A DNA stretch of 64,000 bases from Pseudomonadota bacterium (lineage in GTDB: Bacteria > Myxococcota_A > UBA796 > UBA9615): NCBI GenBank assembly GCA_024229515.1, contig JAAESI010000030.1, positions 78,404 to 142,403 of the forward strand, given 5' to 3'. The notes beneath the pieces were generated by a model that saw nothing but the letters and a program-made list of their open reading frames with translations, made no database searches and was not told the origin of the DNA. Of the stretch, positions 34,792 to 44,517 are shown one piece after another. A program made the position numbers and the translations under genes. Position 1 is the first letter of the stretch, and every line of letters begins with the position of its first letter.

Positions 34792-35286
34792 TCAAAGGCG
34801 GTAGAAGCGGGGCTTCAGCCGAGTGACGACGATTCCCGTAATGCCCCGGTGCCAACGGGCGTACAGACGCCGGTTCGGAGCAAACTCGTCGCCGACCGGA
34901 ACGCCGATAGTTGAGGTTGCATGCGTAGACCAGCGGTTGGGGTCCGCCGCGTATCGCGCGAGATCTGCATAGACCTCCGCAGCAAGGCCAACGCCGTGCT
35001 TCGAAATGAAGGACTCGAGCTGTTCCTGGGCGCGGATCGTCATCGTCACCCCCGCGGGCACAGCGTGCGTGTCGTTGACCGGTGCGATCGAGCGGACGGA
35101 GTGGTCGTCCGTCCCATGTCGAGCGGTCGGGAAGCATGTGAATAGACTCGCGACAGCCTGTGCGCCGATTTCGTGGGCGTGCGGCATCAGGACCGCGCGG
35201 TACGCCGCGCGGTCTTGGGGGGAGGCGTCGTCGAGGAAGTGAAGGAGGTTGAGTGCTGTCATCTTACAAAGCTCCGCCGTTGACAC
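34792..35286 (-). CDS. Orphan hypothetical protein inside the thrC-associated insert
   Basis: 164-aa ORF with normal amino-acid composition in a lower-GC segment; the C-terminal half has a RelE/ParE-like pattern (inference). Confidence 0.55.
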   Translation of the reverse strand: MSTAELCKMTALNLLHFLDDASPQDRAAYRAVLMPHAHEIGAQAVASLFTCFPTARHGTDDHSVRSIAPVNDTHAVPAGVTMTIRAQEQLESFISKHGVGLAAEVYADLARYAADPNRWSTHATSTIGVPVGDEFAPNRRLYARWHRGITGIVVTRLKPRFYRL

Positions 35287-35577
35287 TGGCTGAGTCGGCA
35301 GTAAGATCGGGCTACTTACACCTTGAGCCTTCGTGCGTCGTTCAGTGATGCCGACGATTTAGCCGGGCTTCGTATCCGGCTTCTTTCGTTCTGGCCGACG
35401 AACCGACCAGACTGTCCGAAATTTACACCGCCACCACGGCCGATCCAAGGGCGAATAGGGATCGCGTCGTGCGTTCTTGACTTCCATCGGGCCGTGGTTA
35501 CGCCAGATGATCCCACCGTCCGATTCGAGCGTCGGCACCGCTCAGGGGTACGCGCCCGTCCCGGCATGATCCCGGTT

Positions 35578-36732
35578 CTATTCGCCGTAGTTGAGCGCGT
35601 GCCCGGTGTTGAAGATCACGGTGATGTCGTTCCGATCGATCCAGCCCTTGCTGCGCAGCTGCCGGGCCGCCGCGACGCACGCGCCGCCCTCGGCGGAGCA
35701 CTGAATCCCCAGCTTCTGGGCCATCGCCTTCGCGCCGTCGAGCAGGTCGATCTCATCGATCGCGATGGCCGTTCCACGTGAATCACGCAGGCACCGGAGC
35801 ATCAGGAAGTCGCCCAGGGCGCCGGGCACGCGCAGCCCGAAGGCGGCCGTCTTCTTGGGGTTCTTGATCGGCGTCGCGCCGTCCCACTCCTTGCGCTTGA
35901 ACGCCTTCACGATGGGGGCGCAGCCGGTGGTCTGGACGACGACCATGCGCGGCCGTTCGGGGCCGATCCAGCCGAGCCGCTCCATCTCGTCGAACGCCTT
36001 CCACATGCCGATGAGGCCGGTGCCGCCGCCGGTGGGGTACAGGATGACGTCGGGGAGCCGGCCCAGGTCGTAGAAGAGCTCGTAGCCCATGACCTTCTTG
36101 CCCTCGATTCGGTAGGGCTCCTTGAGGGTCGACAGGGGGAACCAGCCGTTGCTCTCGGCGACCGGCTTCAGGGCCGCTCCGGCGTTGGCGATCGACCCGT
36201 CGACCGTGACCACGTTGGCCCCCATGGCAACGACCTCGCCCTGGATCGGCTTCGGCGTCGACTCCGGCACGTAGACGTGGACATCGAGCCCGTGGAGCGC
36301 CCCGTAGGCCGCCGCCGCGGCGCCCGCGTTGCCCGCCGAAGGGAGGCAGACGCGCCCGATCCCGAGCTCCCTCGCGCGGGCCGTCGCCAGCGCCATGCCA
36401 CGCGCTTTGAAGCTGCCGGTGGGGTTCTGGGCTTCGTCCTTGATGAGCAGGTTGGGGAGGTCCAGGTCGACGGCCAGTCCATGCGCCTTCAGCAGCGGAG
36501 TCGCCCCCTCGCCGAGGGTCGGCATCTCGGCCCCCTGCACCGGCGACAGCTCGGGCAGCCGGTGCTGGCCGGGGCGGCGGCTCATCACCGTCTGGATCGA
36601 CACCGCCCCGGGCGTGATGCGGTAGCGGGCCAACAACGGTCCTCCGCATTCGGTGCACACCCGGTGAGGCTTGCGGAAGTCATGGGAGGTTTCGCAGCGG
36701 CCGCATTCGAGGTGGGTCAGCAGAGATCGCAT
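35578..36732 (-). CDS. thrC: Threonine synthase
   Basis: N-terminal CxxC...CxxC, TLGEGATPL, NPTGSFKARG (PLP lysine), SAGNAG, YRIEGKK, PTGGGTG, FNTG. Confidence 0.92.
   Translation of the reverse strand: MRSLLTHLECGRCETSHDFRKPHRVCTECGGPLLARYRITPGAVSIQTVMSRRPGQHRLPELSPVQGAEMPTLGEGATPLLKAHGLAVDLDLPNLLIKDEAQNPTGSFKARGMALATARARELGIGRVCLPSAGNAGAAAAAYGALHGLDVHVYVPESTPKPIQGEVVAMGANVVTVDGSIANAGAALKPVAESNGWFPLSTLKEPYRIEGKKVMGYELFYDLGRLPDVILYPTGGGTGLIGMWKAFDEMERLGWIGPERPRMVVVQTTGCAPIVKAFKRKEWDGATPIKNPKKTAAFGLRVPGALGDFLMLRCLRDSRGTAIAIDEIDLLDGAKAMAQKLGIQCSAEGGACVAAARQLRSKGWIDRNDITVIFNTGHALNYGE
35770..35785. promoter_or_regulatory. parS-like palindrome CGTTCCACGTGAATCA inside thrC
   Basis: Three mismatches to the canonical parS. 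Confidence 0.55.
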
Positions 36733-36756
36733 CGCGGGAGGATAGACTTCCGGCGC

Positions 36757-37095
36757 ATGAAGTCATTGCTCCAGCAACTCGAAGAAGAGTTCGGAATCGG
36801 TCTGCGCGACGGCCAGGACGAGCGGCGGGAGGCCGACCGACGTCCCTGCGTCGCGCCGGTGGTCCTGGTGCCGGTCGGAGACGAAGAAGGCCGCCGCGAC
36901 GGCATCGCCCTGGATGTCTCCCCGACGGGGGCCCGCGTCGTCAGTCGCGCCCACCTGGACGCCCAGGAGATGGAGATCCGGATCCCCCGCGCCGAAGGCA
37001 AGCCGATCGTGCTGGTGGGGCGGGTCGTTCGGACCCGGGATTTGGCGTCCGGCTACCGCGAGTACGGGCTGCGGTTGACCACCGACATCACTTGA
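36757..37095 (+). CDS. Single-domain PilZ protein (c-di-GMP receptor)
   Basis: From ATG 36757: ERREADRR (RxxxR) and DVSPTG (DxSxxG). Confidence 0.85.
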   Translation: MKSLLQQLEEEFGIGLRDGQDERREADRRPCVAPVVLVPVGDEEGRRDGIALDVSPTGARVVSRAHLDAQEMEIRIPRAEGKPIVLVGRVVRTRDLASGYREYGLRLTTDIT

Positions 37096-37711
37096 AGCGA
37101 AGCGTGCGCCAGGCCGACGCGGCCTTCTTGTCCCCGCCCAGATCGGTGTCGGGGCGCGGGTTCTCGATCCGGCCGTCGTAGTAGTAGTAGCCCGGCAGCT
37201 CGCCGCAGTTCGTCGCGCGGAACGTCTCCCGGATGTCCGTGCCGTACTCCAGCGAGCCGGTGACCGTGTTGTCGTCCCAGCGTGAGATTTCGGCGGCGCC
37301 GCGGTTGTCCGGAAGCGGGTTCCCCTCGGGGTCGGTGCCGTTGAAGAAGGACGTGCACTGCGCGCCCAGCCAGTTGTAGTTCCCGTACGCCTCGCACTCG
37401 GGCGTGTAGTACGACGGGTACTCCCCCTCCCAGGGCATGTCTTCGCCGCGGACCATGTAGACGAGCAGCCACTCGTTGTCGTCGTCGTTCCAGCCGTAGT
37501 TGGTCGCGTCGGCGCAGCCGAAGTCCTCCTCCTCGCGGGGGAGGAAGAGGTAGACCACCCAGGCGGCGCTGTTGGGGTAGTAGCGGTAGGTCAGGAAGGC
37601 ATCGCCGTAGCTGCCTCCGAACTCGTCCGCGTGCGGCAGATTCTCGCGGACCGGCGGGCACCCAAGCAGGGAGACCGCGACCGCGACGAGCAGAACATGA
37701 ACCCACCTCAT
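37088..37711 (-). CDS. Hypothetical lipoprotein (Tyr/Asp-rich)
   Basis: MRWVHVLLVAVAVSLLGC lipobox; four further cysteines. Confidence 0.72.
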   Translation of the reverse strand: MRWVHVLLVAVAVSLLGCPPVRENLPHADEFGGSYGDAFLTYRYYPNSAAWVVYLFLPREEEDFGCADATNYGWNDDDNEWLLVYMVRGEDMPWEGEYPSYYTPECEAYGNYNWLGAQCTSFFNGTDPEGNPLPDNRGAAEISRWDDNTVTGSLEYGTDIRETFRATNCGELPGYYYYDGRIENPRPDTDLGGDKKAASAWRTLRFK

Positions 37712-37765
37712 GACCGGAGCCTACCGTGAACGGCCAGACCGCTCGCGTAGGATCTCAGTGTGGTC

Positions 37766-40700
37766 ATGGAGACATTTGGGGGGACCGACCGGTACGACCT
37801 GCTCGGCACGCTCGGGCGGGGCGGCATGGGCGTGGTGTACCGGGTTCTGGACCGCAGCTCGGGGCGCGAGGTGGCGCTCAAGACGACCTACAAGCCGGGC
37901 CCGGGGGCGCTGTATACGCTGAAGCGCGAGTTCCGCTCCCGCGCCGAGGTCCGCCACCGAAACCTCGTGTCGCTCCACGACCTCGTCATCGAGGGCGAGC
38001 ACTGCTTCTTCACGATGGAGTTGGTCGACCAGGCGGTCGACCTGCTCGAGTGGATCACCGGGTACGCCCACGGCGACGAGCCCATCGCGGACACCGTCAG
38101 CCTCGGTGCCATCACCGCCCTGCCGGGCGATCTGGCACCCGCCCGCCCGGGGCCCGACCCCGGGGAGATCCGCCGCCTGCGGGCCACGATCGGCCAGCTC
38201 CTGGACGCCCTCCAGGCCCTGCACAGCGGGGGGGGGGTCGTCCACCGCGACGTCAAGCCCGCCAACGTCCTCGTCACCGCGTACGGGAGGGTGGTGCTGT
38301 CCGACTTCGGCTTCGCCACCACCCGGGCGGAGTTCGAGGCGAGCCAGTCGGGGGAGATCACGGGATCGATCCCGTACATGGCGCCGGAGCAGGCCGCGGG
38401 CGCCCGATCGACCCCCGCCGCCGACATGTACGCGGTGGGTGTCATCCTCTTCGAGGTGCTGACCGGGCACCGTCCGTTCGTCGGAAACGCCATGAAGGTC
38501 CTCGCGGACAAGGCCCGGCACGACGCCCGGCCGGTCCGCGCGCTCGCCCCGGAGGCCCCCGCCGACCTGGCGGATCTCGCCGAATCGCTGCTGCGACGCG
38601 ATCCGGAGGACCGTCCCTCGGCCGACGAAGCGCGCCTCGTGCTCGCCAACGACCGCGACAACGACGAGCTCCCCGAGTTGGACCGCACGGTGATGATGTC
38701 GCCCGTCGCGACGTTCGTCGGTCGGGGCAGGGAGCTGGCCCGGCTGCGCACCGCGGCCGCCAACGGGCGGTTTTGATCTCCGGCCGCTCGGGCATGGGCA
38801 AGTCCCACCTCGTGCGGCACTTCGCCAACGAGCTGCGCCAGGCCGACTGGTGGGTGCTCCGGGGCCGCTGCCACCCGGCCGAGAACATCCCCTTCAAGGC
38901 GCTGGACGGCATCGTCGATGACCTCAGCCACCACCTCGCGACCGTGCGCGGTCGCGAACAGCGCGAGATCGCCCCCCGCCACACCGGCGCCCTGTTCCGG
39001 CTGTTCCCGGTGCTCGAGCGGGTCGCCGGCCTGGCCGACGCGCCCAAGTCTCGGCTGCCGGCGGATCCGGTGCTGGTGCAGCGGTTGGGCTTCGCCGCGT
39101 TGCGGGACCTGCTCGCCCGGCTCGCCGAGCGGCGTCCCCTGGCGGTCTGGATCGATGACCTGCAGTGGGGCGATGTGGATTCGCTGCCGTTGCTGCAGGA
39201 GATCCTGCGCGAGCCCGATCCGCCGCCCCTGCTGCTGCTGCTGTCGTTCCGCGCGGAGGATCGCGACACCAGCCCGCTGCTCACGGGCTTGCTGGACGGG
39301 AGCCCCCGCCTCGAGCCCGAGACCATCGAACTGGGTCCCCTGTCCCCGACGGACACTCGCGAGCTCGCAGGGGGGTTGCTCGCGCAGATGCGATCCAGCG
39401 ACTCCGCGACCGTCGAGGCGATCACCGCCCAGTCCGGCGGCTCCCCCTTCCTGGTCGGCGAGATGGCCCGGTTCGTGGGCCGCAGCGAGGACACCGGCCC
39501 GGCGCTGCTGGCCAACGCGGTGACGGGCCGCCTGGACGAGGTCGGCGGCGCCGCAGCAGCTGCGGGTCTCCGAGGGGCCTTCGGGGCGGCTCTTGGACGC
39601 GTACCACGACAAGATCCGCGAGACGCTCCTGGACACCCTCCCGTCGGACCGGCTGGTGGCGGTGCACGCATCGATCGCCCACGCCATGTCGACCGAAGAC
39701 GATGCCGATCCCGAAGCGCTGCTGGAGCACTGGCTGGGCGCGGGCGACCGGGCTCGCGCCGGCGCCGCCGCCACCATCGCGGCGCACCGGGCCGAGGAGC
39801 AGCTCGCGTTCGAGCGGGCCGCCGCCCTCTACGCGCGGTGCATCGAACTGGAGCCCCCCGGCTCGAACCTCTGGGAGCTTCGCGACGGCCGGGCCTGCAG
39901 CCTCGCCAACGCTGGACTGGGCCTCGAAGCAGCCGGCCAGTGGGAAGCCGCGGCGACGGACATCCAGGCTGCCGACCCGGCGTCCGCCGACCTCCTCCGC
40001 CTGCGCAGCCTCGCGTGCGAGTTCCGCCTCCGCTGGATGGACCTCCGCGGCGCGGGGACCCCCCTGCGGGAGGTGCTCCGGGCCGTTCGCATCCGGGTGC
40101 CCGCCTCGACCTCGGGCCGCATCGCCATGGGCCTGGTCCTCCGCGCCTGGGTCCGCTTCCGGGGCATGCGGCACGACGCCTCCGTGGACCGCGCGACCCC
40201 CGAGCAGAAGCGTGAGCTCGCGGCGCTGTGGCGGGTCTTCCGCATCCTGTCGCTGGTCAATCCCCTGCTCGCCGACGTGCTCGGCCTTCGGTACGTGCTG
40301 CGGGCGCTCCCCACCGGCGACCCGTCGGCGCTGGCCCGGGCGTTCTGCCAGGAGGTTGGCTACGGCTCCATGCTGGGAAGCGAGCGGTACCTGGGGGGCG
40401 TGGAAGATCGCCTCGCCACCCTCGAGGAGCTGGCGGAGGCCTCCGGCGACCCCCACGACCGGGCCCTCGTCCGGATCAACAGCGGCGTCGTCGGCATGTG
40501 CACCTCCCGCTGGCGCCGCCTCGCCGAGCACGCCGACCGGGCCGCCACGGTGTGGGAGACCGAGTGCATCGGCGAGCAGTGGTACGTCGCCCTCGGTCGG
40601 TCGTGGAGCGCGCTGGGCTACACGTGGCACGGCGAACTGGGCACGGCGCGGACCGTGATCGAAGCCGGCATCGCCGAAGCCGCTCGGCGGGACGACCAGT

Positions 40701-41000
40701 GGGCCAAGGCCAACTACTGGCTCGGGGAGGCGACGATCGCTCTGCTCGCAGTCGGCCGGGAGGCCCAGGTGCGCGAACTTCTGACCGACGCCCGCCGCAC
40801 CCTCGGGCCGCAGGACGCGGGTTGGGTGCAGAGCGCCTACAACGTGCAGTCCCTGTCGCTGGTCGCCTCCGAGCTCCTCGTGGACCTCTGGGAGGGAGAC
40901 GCCACCGGCGCCTGGCATCGCATCAGCGGGGAGTGGGGGGCGCTGCGCCGCAGCGGCTACTTGCTGTGCCGGTTCATCCGCTCGGCGGCGGGATCGCTCG
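37766..41000 (+). pseudogene. Ser/Thr kinase-AAA ATPase-helical repeat gene, disrupted
   Basis: Kinase (LGRGGMGVVY, HRDVKPAN, DFG) stops at 38776. The ATPase (VLISGRSGMGKS, WIDDLQWGD, GGSPFLV) continues in another frame, and a third frame resumes near 39555 (YHDKIRE). The 3' end runs into an opposite-strand gene. Confidence 0.82.
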
Positions 41001-41301
41001 TCGCGTCCATGTCGATGGAGATCGCGCGGATGCGCTCGCGTGAGCGCAGCAACTCCTCGTCCGCCCAGGCCACGATCGCATTCGAGATCCGAGCCCGAAG
41101 GACCGGCGACTCGAGGTTCTTGAGCATGCCCGAGCGGCCCAAAGCATCCGCCAGATTGGGCTCGATCCCGAGCTTGATGATGGTCGGCTCGGCGTCCTCG
41201 CGGATGAGCCTGCGGATGTAGCCGGAGACCGACTCACCGCTGGCCTGCGCCGCTGCGAGCTCGCTCTCGTCGATCGTGATGTTGATGCGTTTCACGCCCA
41301 T
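40957..41301 (-). CDS. Small ribbon-helix-helix (CopG-like) DNA-binding protein
   Basis: KRINITIDESELAAAQASGESVSGYIRRLIRE fits the RHH beta-alpha-alpha pattern. Confidence 0.65.
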   Translation of the reverse strand: MGVKRINITIDESELAAAQASGESVSGYIRRLIREDAEPTIIKLGIEPNLADALGRSGMLKNLESPVLRARISNAIVAWADEELLRSRERIRAISIDMDATSDPAAERMNRHSK

Positions 41302-41398
41302 GGAGAGGGCAGTATGTCACACGCCGATCTGGTGATTCGCACCCCCGAGTGTGTATTGGTGCGATCCAGGTCGAAGACGACTCCGAGGCCTGCTTCTT

Positions 41399-44041
41399 CT
41401 AGAACTCGGCCCTGACCCCGAACCAGGGTCGGATGGGGAGTTGCCGGAACACGAACGGCTCGGGCGCCGTATCGGCCGTGCCGGGTCCGTAGATCCAGAC
41501 GAACTGCCCCTGCGCGTAGGTCGCGTTGAGCACGTCGATGTAGAAGGCCAGCTTCACCCGCTCCTTGATGATGCGGAAGTGCTCGACGCGCAGCGAAAGC
41601 TCCGTCCACGGGCCGTAGGACCGGCTGTTGTAGTCGTGCGGGGCGAGCACCCAGCGGTCCCCGTCGGGGGTCCGCACCGGCGTCACCGGCGTGCGCGGCC
41701 GCCCCGTGCGCAGCTCCCACATGCCCGCGATCAGCCAGTTCTTCTTCGTCCCCAACTTGACCTCGCCCATCACCCGCAGCCCGTGCCGCTGGTCCCACGC
41801 CGGCGCGAAGGTCTGGGGGCCCGCCTCGTTCAGCGGGTTGGTCCGCTCCGTGTTCAGGAGCGAGTAGGTCACCGCCAGCCCGACGCGCCCCTTCCGCATG
41901 GCGAAGTAGACGTCCAACCCGGTGGCTGTGCCGGTGCCCGTGGAGGTGTACCCGGGGCCCCGCTCGGTGGCCGCGGCGGTGTCGGGGTTGACCAGCAGCC
42001 GGTCCAGCTTCTTGTGGTACGCCTCGATCCGGATCAGGCCGCCGAACGGCAGCAGCTGCTGGATCCCGGTGGTCAGGTGCAGCGCCCGCTCGGCCTTCAG
42101 GTCCACCGCGCCGGCGGCCGGGTCGAACAGCAACGGCTCGCGCAGCGGCTGATGCACCAGCGCCCAGCTCGCCTTGAACGTCGTCATGGTCGGCGCCGTC
42201 ACCGACAGCCCCATGCGCGGGGACACCAGCACCTCGCCGGTGTTGTGCATCGGCGTGACCCGCACCCCCGAGCGGACGTTGATCGGCGTGCCGAACAGCT
42301 GCCGCCAGTCGTCCTCGAGGTACAGCGCCAGCTCGGTCCACGACCGGCTGCTGTCGAACGTCAGGCTCCCCGCCCCCAGGTTGGCCCACGGCAGGGCGGC
42401 CCACGTCGGGGTGGTGCGGGGATCCTTGATGGTCCCGTCGCCGCCGAGGCTGAAGTAGGCGAGGTCCGCGCCGGCCCGCACGAAGTGGTTCTCCCCGACC
42501 GTCAGTTCGAGGTCGCTGCGGAAGCCCGGCCGCCAGGTTCGGACCTCGCGGGTGACCTGGAAGTCGGCCTCCTGAGCGCGGTTCTCGAAGTCGTGGGTGA
42601 AGTACGCGAGGTTCCTCCACGTCACGCGATCGTGGAGCTTCCAGCGCGAGTCCACCGACAGCACCGTGGTGCGCGCCCGGGTCTCGATCCCGTTCTCCAG
42701 CGTGACGATCGCGTCCGACTCCGGGTCGCCGCCTTCCAGCGTCATGTGGTCGTGGGCGTGCAGCAGGGTGACCCGCAGCCGGTGCCGGTCCCCGCCGACC
42801 GTGCCGCGTCCCAGGTACTCGCCGAAGGCCATGCCGACGAACTGATCGCTGAACAGCCCGACCGCCTTGAGCAGGGCGAAGTACGCCTCGAAGAAGCTGC
42901 GGCGGGCGGAGATCAGGAACGTCGCGGGCGAGCCCTTCGGCCCCAGCGGACCGGACAGGTGAGCCGACCCCATCGCCATGTTCACGTCGATGAGGCCGTC
43001 GAACTGCGTGTTGTCGCCGTCGATGTAGTGGACGTCCAGCGCTCCCGCGAGGCTCTCGGTCCACGGGGCCGGCGGCGCATCGGCGTACAGCGTCACCTTG
43101 TCGACCAGCTTGGGGTTGAACATCGTGAACGTGCCGCCGAGGTGGTTCGGGTTCAGCAGCTGGATGTCGTCCAGGTAGAAGGCGGTCTCGGTCGCGTCCC
43201 CGCCGCGCACGTGGAAGAGCGCGAACATGTCGGTGTCGCTGACGACCCCCGGCAGCTGCCCCACGACCTTGGCCAGATCCCCCATCGCGCCGGGCGCCAG
43301 CTCGATGTCCCGCCGGGTCAGCTCCCACGCCCCGCTGACCGCGGAGGTGTCCGACTGGAGCGGCGCCCGCTCGACCTCCCGCCAGGGCTTGCGCCCCGTC
43401 ACGATCGTCTCGTGTTGGGGGGTGTCCAGGCGGGTCAGGAACGACTCCACCGTCATGCGCTCGCCCGCGATCAGCTCGAGCGTCTGGACCTGCCGCTGGA
43501 AGTCCGGGTGGTACAGCACGACCCGGACCTCGCCGGGCACGAGCTCAGCCAGCTCGAAGGAGCCGTCTCGCGCGGTGACGGTTTCGGCCTCGGTGCCGCT
43601 GATGGAGACAGTGACGTCCGCCAGCGGCCGACCGTCGGTGCGGTCGCCCACGGTTCCCGCCAGCGTCGATGTCGGCGGCGGCTCCTCGGGCCGCTCGATG
43701 TCGTCGAGGCGGAAAACGAACCGGTAGCGGATGTCGATCGCGGTGGGCTCACCGTCCACCAGGGCGGGCACAAACAACATGCGCCCGGCCGCCTCGATCG
43801 CGGTTTCGTCGAACGCCGGGGTGAGGGACTTCAGCACCTCGACGGCGGTCGGAACGCCGTCCTCGTCGATGGTGATCGTGAGGACGACTTCACCCTCGAT
43901 GCCCTCGTCGATCGCCTCGGGCGGGTAGGTCGGGAGCACCTCCTCAACGAGGGTCGGCGCCCGGCTCAGAATCGGCTCTGCGACCGCACCAGCCGCGCTT
44001 AGGAGCACGATCAGCGCTAGGACAATGGGACTTCGCACCAC
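41399..44041 (-). CDS. TonB-dependent receptor with N-terminal TonB_C and carboxypeptidase-regulatory-like domains
   Basis: YPPEAIDEGIEGEVVL (TonB_C), LPGV...HVRGG plug, C-terminal WFGVRAEF. Confidence 0.9.
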   Translation of the reverse strand: MVRSPIVLALIVLLSAAGAVAEPILSRAPTLVEEVLPTYPPEAIDEGIEGEVVLTITIDEDGVPTAVEVLKSLTPAFDETAIEAAGRMLFVPALVDGEPTAIDIRYRFVFRLDDIERPEEPPPTSTLAGTVGDRTDGRPLADVTVSISGTEAETVTARDGSFELAELVPGEVRVVLYHPDFQRQVQTLELIAGERMTVESFLTRLDTPQHETIVTGRKPWREVERAPLQSDTSAVSGAWELTRRDIELAPGAMGDLAKVVGQLPGVVSDTDMFALFHVRGGDATETAFYLDDIQLLNPNHLGGTFTMFNPKLVDKVTLYADAPPAPWTESLAGALDVHYIDGDNTQFDGLIDVNMAMGSAHLSGPLGPKGSPATFLISARRSFFEAYFALLKAVGLFSDQFVGMAFGEYLGRGTVGGDRHRLRVTLLHAHDHMTLEGGDPESDAIVTLENGIETRARTTVLSVDSRWKLHDRVTWRNLAYFTHDFENRAQEADFQVTREVRTWRPGFRSDLELTVGENHFVRAGADLAYFSLGGDGTIKDPRTTPTWAALPWANLGAGSLTFDSSRSWTELALYLEDDWRQLFGTPINVRSGVRVTPMHNTGEVLVSPRMGLSVTAPTMTTFKASWALVHQPLREPLLFDPAAGAVDLKAERALHLTTGIQQLLPFGGLIRIEAYHKKLDRLLVNPDTAAATERGPGYTSTGTGTATGLDVYFAMRKGRVGLAVTYSLLNTERTNPLNEAGPQTFAPAWDQRHGLRVMGEVKLGTKKNWLIAGMWELRTGRPRTPVTPVRTPDGDRWVLAPHDYNSRSYGPWTELSLRVEHFRIIKERVKLAFYIDVLNATYAQGQFVWIYGPGTADTAPEPFVFRQLPIRPWFGVRAEF

Positions 44042-44139
44042 GAAATGGTACGACCGTCGCTTGCTTCGAGGGGGGTCTGTGACCTATATACTCGCCCGCT
44101 TTCGCCCCCTTGGGCGGCAACCCGGAGAGAGGGAACGTC

Positions 44140-44502
44140 ATGAAGCCCGAGCGTCAGGAGTTCTTCCGCAACCTCCTCAACGAACGACTCGAGGCCCTGA
44201 TCAAGGACGCCGAGAGCGGCGTTGGTGATCTGGTGTCCGAGAAGGAGAACCTTCCGGACTCGATCGACCTCGCGACGCAGGAGTCGAACCGTGATTTCAC
44301 GCTTCGAATGCGCGATCGGGAGCGCAAGCTCATCTACAAGATCCGCGAGGCCATCGGCCGCATCGAAGAGGGCGAGTACGGTGAGTGCGTCGTCTGCGGT
44401 GAGGACATCAGCGAAGGCCGCATGCTGGCCCGACCCGTGACCACTCACTGCATCGACTGCAAGACCGAAGCCGAGCAGCAGGAGCGCGTCCGCGGCCTGT
44501 AG
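44140..44502 (+). CDS. dksA: RNA polymerase-binding factor DksA
   Basis: DSIDLA (DxxDxA) coiled-coil tip, YGECVVCGEDI...RPVTTHCIDCK zinc finger. Confidence 0.93.
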   Translation: MKPERQEFFRNLLNERLEALIKDAESGVGDLVSEKENLPDSIDLATQESNRDFTLRMRDRERKLIYKIREAIGRIEEGEYGECVVCGEDISEGRMLARPVTTHCIDCKTEAEQQERVRGL

Positions 44503-44517
44503 GCCGGACGCCCCCCG

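Noticed and set aside
34656-35664. Diverged repeat pair as a diversity-generating retroelement TR/VR
   Set aside because: Mismatches are mostly synonymous and not confined to adenines, and no reverse transcriptase is present.
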